Position numbers and translations under genes: made by a program | DNA from: Chthoniobacteraceae bacterium | GTDB taxonomy: Bacteria; Verrucomicrobiota; Verrucomicrobiia; Chthoniobacterales; Chthoniobacteraceae | Direction: 5' to 3' | DNA: 22,159 nt | Assembly (NCBI GenBank): GCA_031409335.1 | Contig: JANNWY010000118.1 | Location: forward strand, 1 to 22,159 | Shown: positions 9,266 through 17,951 of the stretch, piece after piece | Layout: the number at the start of each line of letters is the position of its first letter | Position numbering within the stretch: the stretch's first letter is position 1 | The notes under the pieces: generated by a model | The model's input: the letters and a program-made list of their open reading frames with translations, nothing else | Database searches by the model: none | Told to the model about the DNA's origin: nothing

Positions 9266-9801
9266 CAACTCACCTCAAGGCTCTTCTTCTGCGCAAAGCG
9301 ATCGGTGTAAAAGAGCTTCTTTTTCTGCACGCCGTATTCGTGTACGAGCTTCGTGCATTTCACGTCGTAGCAGCAGTATTCCGCGATCGGCATCACGTTG
9401 CCCTCGCGCCACCAGCGGATCGCATCCAGCCCGTCCGCCGTCTTCCCGACGCCGAGCGTCGCCGTCGCGATGGCATCGAGCCCGAGCCGGTGGCCGAGCG
9501 TTTTTTCCACCTCGACGAGCATGTCGAGCGTGCGGCAGAGGTGCGGCAGGTCGCTGATGGTGTAGCCCATCAGCACTTCGTAGTCGAAACTGATGACATT
9601 GAAACCGACGACGAGATCCGCGCGCAGCAGTTGGTCGATGAGTTCCTGCACGCGCTTTTCCGGGTAGATGCGGTATTCGCCGAGCCGCGTGCTGTAGGTC
9701 ACGCCGATGGACATTCCCATGGCGGCTTTCTTGTCCCAGCCGCCCGCGTCGTTCGCGGTACGCTGAGTTTCCAGGTCGAAATACACGATGTCGGGCGGCA
9801 T
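9262..9801 (-). CDS. RNase H-like (DEDD 3'-5' exonuclease-like, RNase_H_2/YprB-type) domain protein
   Basis: ExoI VYFDLETQ, ExoII VVGFNVISFDY, ExoIII EYCCYDV. 179 aa, standalone. Confidence 0.85.
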   Translation of the reverse strand: MPPDIVYFDLETQRTANDAGGWDKKAAMGMSIGVTYSTRLGEYRIYPEKRVQELIDQLLRADLVVGFNVISFDYEVLMGYTISDLPHLCRTLDMLVEVEKTLGHRLGLDAIATATLGVGKTADGLDAIRWWREGNVMPIAEYCCYDVKCTKLVHEYGVQKKKLFYTDRFAQKKSLEVSW

Positions 9802-9919
9802 TGGGGAAAGTTGAGGGTTGAGAGTTCAGAGACGCGCTTCGGGCTGCGGGAGGCTGGTGAAAAAATGAGGCGTGCTCAAGGATGTTCACATGTGAACGCC
9901 GAAGGCACTGGAGCGACTA

Positions 9920-11401
<1,482 letters not shown>

Positions 11402-11411
11402 GCCTTCCAAA

Positions 11412-12998
11412 TCACAGGTAATGCCGCCAGTTCAGTTCAGGAAAGATGTTATCCCGCCACTCACAGTTCACCAGAAATGCCGGGTCCACATCCTCCGCGC
11501 GCACCTGATCGTAGAGCCGCGTGAAACGCAGGATGTGATCGCGCGTGCGCTTCGCCGCGTAGGCGGTCGCGGTGCCGGTCTTCATCAGGAATGCCCAGTC
11601 GCTTGATTGCGCGAGGAGTAGCTCGCGCGCCATCTGCCGCAGCGCGCGGTCGAGCATCTCGGCCTTCGTGTCGCGATGCGCGCGGGCCATTTCCGTCATG
11701 CGCCGCGCGGCGGTGTGCAGGTGCGGATAAATCCAGCCGTTCGATTGATCGAGCCACACTTCCCAGTAGCCCTTGTGACCCCAGCTCGACGCACTCGGCT
11801 CGATCAATTGATGCGTCTCATTTTCCGCCAGATAACGCGTCGGCGTGGTGAGCGAAAACGCGCCCTGATCGAACACGGACTTGCGAATGAACAAATTCAA
11901 AAACTCGGGCCCCTCGAACCACCAATGACCGAACAGCTCCGCGTCGAACGGGCTCACCACGATCGGCGCGACGTTCATGTGCTCGCGCAGATTCGCGATC
12001 TGATCGCGCCGGCTTGCCATGAAATGATTCGCGTGCGAATCCGCCGCACCCATCGCCCAGCCGCGATTGTAGAGCCCCTTCTCCTGGCTGCGTCCGGTGA
12101 TGCGGTGATATTTCAACCCGGTGAATTTTCGTGCCCACTCCGGCGGCAGCGTTTCGCGCAAGTATTCCAGCGGAAGATCGAAGCCGATGTCGCGGTAGAA
12201 ATCGCGATACGCCGGATCGCCCGGATAACCTTCCTCCGCGCTCCAAAGCTGCCGGCTCGAATCCCGATCGCGCCCGAACACCGCCGGGCCCGCCGGTGTG
12301 AAGCACGGCGTGTAAATCGCGTAGCGCGGCCGCGGCGCGCCAAACATCAGCCCATGCGCGTCGATGATGAACCAGCGGATATTCGCCTCCGCCAAAATCG
12401 TGTCGAGACTCGCCACGTACGCGCATTCTGGCAGCCAGATGCCGCGCGGATCGCGCCCGAAAGTTTCCCGGTAATCGTCGCGCGCGATAAGGATTTGCGC
12501 GCGGATCGCCTCGGGAAAATTTTCCATCAGCGGCAGGAACCCATGCGACGCCGCGCAGGTGATGATTTCCAAAACACCGCGCTCCATGAGCTGCGCAAAC
12601 GCGCCGACGAGATCGCGCCTCCACCGCGTCTCCCAAGCCGTGTGCAGCCGCGTCAGCCGATCGTGGTAAAACCGCGCGAGATCCGCGAGCTGATCGTGCC
12701 CTGCGGTGCGGACGACTTCGCGCTCCGCCAGCGCGACGCTGCGCTCGAGATAGCGTGTCGCCCGCGCTTGCAGCAGTGGATCGCGCAGCATGTGGCAGAG
12801 CGTCGGGGTGAGCGACATCGTGAGCTGGAAATCCACGCCGTCATCCGCCAGCCCGTGCAGCACTTCCAGCAGCGGCAGATAGGTCTCCACGATCGCCTCA
12901 TAGAGCCAGTCCTCCTCCAAAAATTCCTCGTACTCGGGATGCCGCACGTAGGGCAGGTGCGCGTGGAGGACGAGTGCGAGGTATCCGTTGGGGGCCAT
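11412..12998 (-). CDS. GH57 family 1,4-alpha-glucan branching enzyme (with DUF1957 C-terminal domain), 528 aa
   Basis: ATG at 12998 (MAPNGYLALVLHAHLPYVRHP). EDWLYEAIVETYLP, GIWLPECAY (nucleophile Glu), SPFDAELFGHWWFEG (acid/base Asp), RELLLAQSSDWAF. Confidence 0.93.
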   Translation of the reverse strand: MAPNGYLALVLHAHLPYVRHPEYEEFLEEDWLYEAIVETYLPLLEVLHGLADDGVDFQLTMSLTPTLCHMLRDPLLQARATRYLERSVALAEREVVRTAGHDQLADLARFYHDRLTRLHTAWETRWRRDLVGAFAQLMERGVLEIITCAASHGFLPLMENFPEAIRAQILIARDDYRETFGRDPRGIWLPECAYVASLDTILAEANIRWFIIDAHGLMFGAPRPRYAIYTPCFTPAGPAVFGRDRDSSRQLWSAEEGYPGDPAYRDFYRDIGFDLPLEYLRETLPPEWARKFTGLKYHRITGRSQEKGLYNRGWAMGAADSHANHFMASRRDQIANLREHMNVAPIVVSPFDAELFGHWWFEGPEFLNLFIRKSVFDQGAFSLTTPTRYLAENETHQLIEPSASSWGHKGYWEVWLDQSNGWIYPHLHTAARRMTEMARAHRDTKAEMLDRALRQMARELLLAQSSDWAFLMKTGTATAYAAKRTRDHILRFTRLYDQVRAEDVDPAFLVNCEWRDNIFPELNWRHYL

Positions 12999-13015
12999 GG
13001 CAAAGATTGGGCGCG

Positions 13016-13043
13016 AGGCTACCAGCGCGCGCCCGCGCGACAA
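13016..13043 (-). promoter_or_regulatory. Possible sigma70-type promoter for the GH57 cluster
   Basis: Minus strand TTGTCG-16nt-TAGCCT with TG upstream of the -10, ending 17 nt before the ATG. Pattern match only. Confidence 0.3.
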
Positions 13044-13121
13044 GCGCAGTGTGACGTGATGCACGCGACATTTCGCGCAGGGCTTGTTGCGGCGCGTGGT
13101 AGCGTTCGCGAACTTTTTCCC

Positions 13122-13685
13122 ATGTCCATCAAAGCGACCATCTACAAAGCCAGCGTCCAGCTCTCCGACATCGACCGCGGGGTGTATGGCGATTACCCGG
13201 TGACGCTGGCGCGGCATCCTTCGGAGACGGATGAGCGGATGCTGATCCGGCTGTTTGCGTTTGCGATGAATGTTCCCGCCGACAGCGATCACGGGGCGCT
13301 CGAATTTGCCAAGGATATGTGGGAGGCGGATGAGCCAGGTCTTTGGCAGAAGGATTACACCGGCGACATCGTGCATTGGATCGAGGTCGGGCAGCCGGAT
13401 GAAAAGCGGTTGCTGCGGGCGACTTCGCGCGTCGGGCGGGTGAGCGTTTACAGCTTTGGCAGCAGCACGCCGATTTGGTGGAAAGGGATCGAGTCGAAGC
13501 TGGCGCGCGCGCGGAATCTTTCCGTGTGGCAAATCCCGCATGAGCAAAGCGTGGCCCTCGCGGCGCTGGCGCAGCGGACGATGCAGTTGGACGTGACGGT
13601 GCAGGACGGCGGAATCTGGGTCGGCGATGGCACGCGCTCGATCGAGGTGACGCCGGTGCGGCTGTGCGGACAGGCGGCGAATTAG
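13122..13685 (+). CDS. yaeQ: YaeQ family protein, 187 aa
   Basis: MSIKATIYKASVQLSDIDRG, LARHPSETDERMLIRL, DEPGLWQKDYTG, WIEVGQPDEKR, RTMQLDVTVQDG. It is the 3' part of track ORF 11676..13685. Confidence 0.93.
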   Translation: MSIKATIYKASVQLSDIDRGVYGDYPVTLARHPSETDERMLIRLFAFAMNVPADSDHGALEFAKDMWEADEPGLWQKDYTGDIVHWIEVGQPDEKRLLRATSRVGRVSVYSFGSSTPIWWKGIESKLARARNLSVWQIPHEQSVALAALAQRTMQLDVTVQDGGIWVGDGTRSIEVTPVRLCGQAAN

Positions 13686-13741
13686 CGATGCTGCGAAAAA
13701 CAGCTTGGTATCGCCGGGGGAACGGTGTGTGTTGCGGGCCT

Positions 13742-13846
13742 ATGGGACACTGCAAAGGCAAAGACAACGCGAAAAAACGCGCATCGAAACGCAAGAAAAA
13801 CGACCGCCTCGCGCTGGCGAAAAGCAAGCCGGCCGCTGCGAAGTAA
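13742..13846 (+). CDS. Putative small basic peptide, 34 aa (MGHCKGKDNAKKRASKRKKNDRLALAKSKPAAAK)
   Basis: ATG..TAA ORF filling the yaeQ-hupE gap. A-rich Lys codons stand out against the GC-rich background. Confidence 0.55.
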   Translation: MGHCKGKDNAKKRASKRKKNDRLALAKSKPAAAK

Positions 13847-13873
13847 CCCGGCCGTGACGGCGTGGCAGGCAGA

Positions 13874-15052
13874 TCAACTGCTGCTCGTGACGCGCTGTAC
13901 GGTCCACCACACACCGAGCAGCGCGATGGCGGCGCTTCCCGGAATGACGATCCAGCGGCGATAGCGCGCGGCATCGCGCAGCCAGGCGGTCGCGAGAAAT
14001 GCGACGCTAATGACGGCGAGCTGCCCGCCTTCCACGCCGACATTGAAACCGACGAGGCCCGCGGCGAGGGAACTTTTCGGAAGATCGAGATCGCTGAGCG
14101 CACCGGCGAAACCGAGGCCGTGGATGAGCCCGAAAATGAAGACCACCAGCAGGCGCCAGTGCGTGTAGCGGGGGCGGACGATATTTTCCACTGCGACGAA
14201 AACGATGCTGGCGGCGATGACCGGCTCGATGATCGACGGGGACACTTTCACAAAACCAAGCGTCGCGAGGGCGAGGGTGACGGAGTGGGCGAGCGTGAAC
14301 GTGGTGACCTGTGAGAGCAGCGGCTTCCACGTGCGGCTGAGCAGGAAAAGGCCGAGGACGAAAAGGATGTGATCCAGCCCCAGCGGCACGACGTGGACGA
14401 AGCCCTGGCGCAGGTAGCTGTAGAATGTGCTCCAGCCATCCGCCGCCGCGCCGGTGGGCGAGATGCTGCCTTCAGTCTTCGCGCCGGGTGCCGTGGCGCG
14501 GAGTTCCGTGAGATCGAGCGTGAAACTTTTTTCGTCTGGAAACAGGACGTTGATGCGCGGATGCGCCGTGCCGCGGATGATGTTTTGAAAGACGACGCTG
14601 AGCTTGGATTCCTTTGTGGATCGGATGTGCCAGCCGGTCAGGCCCGCCGCCAGGGTCGTGCGCCATTCGCCGGTGAGCACCACCACGTCCTCCGGCCCCG
14701 CGAGCGGCGCGCCGCCGTGCCCGGTGAAGGTGAACTTGAAATCCGGCTGCACGTTGCCCACCGGTTCGAGGGTGAACTCGATGCACCGCCGCACGAGGTC
14801 CGCCGCCTTCTTTTCCAACTCCGCCTTTTCCTCCGCGCTGCGCGCCGCGAGCGCGGGTGGGAGCATGGATGGCGCGATTTCCGGCGCGTCATCGAAACAA
14901 CGCGGATCGACCTCGACGGTGACGCGCGCCGTCCCGTCGCCAGGAAAGAATGTGCGCACCGGGATGTCCGGGATCGGGTGCGCCCAGGCCACGCTCGCAA
15001 AGACGAGCGCGAGGACTGCGAAAATTGCGGCTTGCTTGGATCGTGGGAACAT
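13874..15052 (-). CDS. HupE/UreJ family membrane protein with an N-terminal extracytoplasmic domain, 392 aa
   Basis: ATG at 15052, signal ending AWA-H. C-terminal GFVHVVPLGLDHILFVLGL, TTFTLAHSVTL, IEPVIAASI, FGLIHGLGFA, GFNVGVEGGQ. Confidence 0.9.
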   Translation of the reverse strand: MFPRSKQAAIFAVLALVFASVAWAHPIPDIPVRTFFPGDGTARVTVEVDPRCFDDAPEIAPSMLPPALAARSAEEKAELEKKAADLVRRCIEFTLEPVGNVQPDFKFTFTGHGGAPLAGPEDVVVLTGEWRTTLAAGLTGWHIRSTKESKLSVVFQNIIRGTAHPRINVLFPDEKSFTLDLTELRATAPGAKTEGSISPTGAAADGWSTFYSYLRQGFVHVVPLGLDHILFVLGLFLLSRTWKPLLSQVTTFTLAHSVTLALATLGFVKVSPSIIEPVIAASIVFVAVENIVRPRYTHWRLLVVFIFGLIHGLGFAGALSDLDLPKSSLAAGLVGFNVGVEGGQLAVISVAFLATAWLRDAARYRRWIVIPGSAAIALLGVWWTVQRVTSSS

Positions 15053-15115
15053 GGAGCCTGTTCGCGAACGTTGGTGGCATACCGCCGCCGCGCTCAACAA
15101 AAAACAATACACCAT

Positions 15116-15412
15116 ATGAAGAAACTCATCGCAATCCTCGCGATGGCTTCCCTGTCCGTCGGCGCTCAAGCTGCCTGCGGCAAGAAGGTCACCGACGAAG
15201 GCACACTGAAGAGCTACGACGCCGCGACCAAGCAGGTTGTCGTCACGAAAGCGGACGGCAAAGATTCGACCGTCACTCTCACCCCGACGACCACTGGCGC
15301 TGACAAAGTTGCCGCGCTCGTTGGCAAGGCCGTGAAGGTCATCAGCGAGCATGGCAAGGCTGACAGCGTCGCCGCTGCCGCCGCCGCTGCTCCTGCCGCT
15401 CCAAAGAGCTAG
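15116..15412 (+). CDS. Small exported protein, 98 aa, possibly a small beta-barrel/OB-like fold with an Ala/Pro tail
   Basis: ATG after an A-rich leader. Signal MKKLIAILAMASLSVGAQA. Strongly C/G-ending codons. Followed by a terminator. Confidence 0.85.
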   Translation: MKKLIAILAMASLSVGAQAACGKKVTDEGTLKSYDAATKQVVVTKADGKDSTVTLTPTTTGADKVAALVGKAVKVISEHGKADSVAAAAAAAPAAPKS

Positions 15413-15433
15413 GCTGTCTCCGCAGTTATTACG

Positions 15434-15469
15434 AAAAGCCCGACCCGTTCAAAGCGGGCCGGGCTTTTT
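15434..15469. terminator. Rho-independent terminator, probably bidirectional
   Basis: AAAA-GCCCGACCCG-loop-CGGGCCGGGC-TTTTT, between convergent genes. Confidence 0.85.
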
Positions 15470-15512
15470 GCTTTTTCGCGGTCGCGCGAGTCGCGGCCTT
15501 TCCCGCCGATGC

Positions 15513-16058
15513 TCAGAGCGATGCGCCGAGGTAATTCGCGGAGTGCGTCTCGAAGCGCACGTCCTCACCGGGGCTCGGTTCTTTCTCGATGTCGTACACT
15601 TTGTTTCCGATGACCTGCTGCGCGTGCGTGTCAAAGAGCATCACCGCTCGCGCCGCTCGCCCGTCGGTCAGCGAATCCTTCGTGGTGACGATCGCGATGA
15701 CCCGCGGCAGTTGTTTCTTCCGCGGCTTCGGGGCGGACGCGACCTGCTTCGGGGGTTTCTTTTCGCCAGGCGTCGATTTTTTCCTGGGCTCGGCGCGCTC
15801 CGCGGATGCGATTCGCGCCTTCAATTTCGCGACCGCGCGCCGTCCATTTTCCTCCGCGACGGCGACCTGTGTTTGCGTTGCCTTGTGAGTGGCCAGGATG
15901 ACGACGGCGCGGACGAGCGAACTACCCTGCACGCCAGTTCCCTCTGCCGCGGCGGATTCATCGAAGAGATCGGCGAACTTCACCCCACTCCCGCCAGCGC
16001 ATCCGGAGAGGAGTGCGATGGCGGTGAGCGGAGCGGCGATGCGGGCGGCGGTTTTCAT
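15513..16058 (-). CDS. Hypothetical lipoprotein, 181 aa
   Basis: Lipobox LSGC after a hydrophobic stretch. Lys/Pro-rich central linker. Confidence 0.75.
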   Translation of the reverse strand: MKTAARIAAPLTAIALLSGCAGGSGVKFADLFDESAAAEGTGVQGSSLVRAVVILATHKATQTQVAVAEENGRRAVAKLKARIASAERAEPRKKSTPGEKKPPKQVASAPKPRKKQLPRVIAIVTTKDSLTDGRAARAVMLFDTHAQQVIGNKVYDIEKEPSPGEDVRFETHSANYLGASL

Positions 16059-16079
16059 GGCACGCGGCGCGGGATGTTT

Positions 16080-16919
16080 TTAGAAGCCGCGCGAGAAGGC
16101 GACGCCGCTGTAAACGCCGACGCGTCCGGTGCCGTCCTGATCGATCGCAGCGACGCTGAGATTCACGCCACCGAGCCGCCACTGCGCGCCCCATGCGTAG
16201 GGATTGCTCTTCGGGCGGCGGCCATTGCGTTGCTCGCCTTTGGTGCTGAGTTCGCCGACGAGATAGAGGCGGTAGGGCAACTGGATTTCCGCGCCGAAGT
16301 AACCGTTGAAGGAATCGCTCTGAATCACGGAATCATCGAACCAAGTCTCGCGCACACCGGCATGAAAACCGAGTGAACGCACCGGCCCGGTTTCGCTGAT
16401 CGGGATGCGTTTGTAAGCGGCCGCGAACGCGGCGATTTGATTTAAAGCGGGAGTGCCCCACTTTGCGTAAGCGCCGACGCTGATCTGCGGCCACCACGAT
16501 TCGTCCTTTAGCAAACGGACGCGCACCATCGGTCCGCCGACCGCGACTTCGCGACTCACGCCCGCGTTCAGATCGATCAGATTTCCCACCGCGCCGACTT
16601 CGAGCCAATCGGTGATGCCATACGAAGCCATCAAACCGTGGCCGACGACATCGGTATCCTGATTTGGAAAAAAGAGGCAATACTGCGCGGTGTAGGCACC
16701 TTTCGGCAGTGTGGCCGAGGTGGGATTGATGAACATGCCCGATGGACCTTCGAGCGTGATCAGACCGCGGCCTGCCTCGTAGGGCACGTCGGGCAGCATG
16801 GTCTTCTTGTCGGAAACCTGCGTACCCGCGTGGGCGGATACGATGGTGAAGCAAGCCGCGATTGCGGTTACGAGGATGGCCTTGGTGAAGCCGTTTGGTT
16901 GGGTGGAGTGGTAGCTCAT
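16080..16919 (-). CDS. Putative outer-membrane beta-barrel protein, YjbH-like N-terminus, 279 aa
   Basis: ATG at 16919, signal ending AHA-G. GPSGMFINPTSATLPKG resembles YjbH-type N-termini. Amphipathic strands and a terminal Phe (GVAFSRGF). Confidence 0.7.
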   Translation of the reverse strand: MSYHSTQPNGFTKAILVTAIAACFTIVSAHAGTQVSDKKTMLPDVPYEAGRGLITLEGPSGMFINPTSATLPKGAYTAQYCLFFPNQDTDVVGHGLMASYGITDWLEVGAVGNLIDLNAGVSREVAVGGPMVRVRLLKDESWWPQISVGAYAKWGTPALNQIAAFAAAYKRIPISETGPVRSLGFHAGVRETWFDDSVIQSDSFNGYFGAEIQLPYRLYLVGELSTKGEQRNGRRPKSNPYAWGAQWRLGGVNLSVAAIDQDGTGRVGVYSGVAFSRGF

Positions 16920-17088
16920 GGTGTGTGTGTAGCAGAGTTGCGGAGGGAAAGGCAATACTGGTTCCCCGACGGCAGGGGCGGGCGCGGGCGAAGCGCGGCC
17001 AGTCGGAAGCGGGGATGGCTGGAGTGATGTCATTTGCAGCGATAGGCGGCCCAGTCTTATGAAAAGGAGCGCCAATCCGTGATCACTT

Positions 17089-17871
17089 TCACCCCTCGTC
17101 CGAGCTGCCCAGTCGCAGACGATGGCGGTACTTCAGCGGCGTCTCGCCCGTATGCTGGCTGAACTGCCGCGTGAAGGCGCTCTGATCGTAAAACCCGTGC
17201 GCCATCGCGACCTCGCTCAGTGATTTGTCCGTGTGCAAGAGCGCGTCGCTCGCCGCCTGCACCCGCGTGCGCACCACGAACTCCTGCGCGCTCATCCCGA
17301 ACACTTCATGAAAGAGCCGGTTCAACTGCCGCACCGAAAGATGCGCCAGCTTCGCGAGTGTCGGGATGCCGATCGCCCCGCCGTGATTTGCCGTGATATG
17401 CGCCACCGCCTCCTCGATCCGCGCCGCGCCCGGCACCACATTACTCTCGCGCCGGTAGGGCCGCACAAATCCCATCACGCCGATCACCTTTCCACTCGCG
17501 TCCTCCACCGGCAGCTTCGTCGTCACATACCAATCCTGCGCACTGCTCCGCGTAAAGAGCGCCTCCACCCGGTCGATCATCGGCACGCGCGTCTCCATCA
17601 CCCGCAGATCATCGGCCCGGATTTCCCGCACCACGCGGGCCGGGTGGATGTCCGCATCCGTGCGCCCGAGGATTTCCGCTTCGCTGGAAAACCCCAGCAT
17701 TTTCAGCAGCCCCGCGCCTGCGGCCACAAAACGTCCCTCGCGATCTTTCACAAAAAAATACACGTCCTGAAGCTGATTGAAGAGCAGCCGGAGCTGCTGC
17801 CCAGAACCCATGCGCCGGAAGAAAGCCGCTTGCGCCGCGCGCGGGTTTGGATTTGCAAGCCGGCCGCGCAT
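17089..17871 (-). CDS. AraC family transcriptional regulator with an N-terminal PAS domain
   Basis: PAS: YFFVKDREGRFV...ILGRTDADIHP...WYVTTKLPV. AraC: LAKLAHLSVRQLNRLF, LSEVAMAHGFYDQSAFTRQF..GETPLKYR. Start approximate. Confidence 0.92.
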   Translation of the reverse strand: MRGRLANPNPRAAQAAFFRRMGSGQQLRLLFNQLQDVYFFVKDREGRFVAAGAGLLKMLGFSSEAEILGRTDADIHPARVVREIRADDLRVMETRVPMIDRVEALFTRSSAQDWYVTTKLPVEDASGKVIGVMGFVRPYRRESNVVPGAARIEEAVAHITANHGGAIGIPTLAKLAHLSVRQLNRLFHEVFGMSAQEFVVRTRVQAASDALLHTDKSLSEVAMAHGFYDQSAFTRQFSQHTGETPLKYRHRLRLGSSDEG

Positions 17872-17951
17872 GGCTGCGTTCAACGCGGGCACACGTTTGC
17901 GTGGGCGATGGAAAAATGTGGGAGTTTCATGGGAGTTGGATGGCGATACAG

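Noticed and set aside
11676..13121. 669-aa plus-strand ORF that looks like a long N-terminal fusion to YaeQ
   Set aside because: Antisense shadow of the GH57 gene in high-GC DNA. YaeQ similarity starts at ATG 13122.
12999..13547. N-terminal extension of the GH57 ORF to 711 aa
   Set aside because: It overlaps yaeQ on the opposite strand. GH57 motifs begin just after ATG 12998.
14369..15352. Mutually overlapping extensions of the HupE/UreJ ORF and the small exported protein ORF
   Set aside because: Signal peptides define starts at 15052 (-) and 15116 (+). The extensions are antisense read-through.
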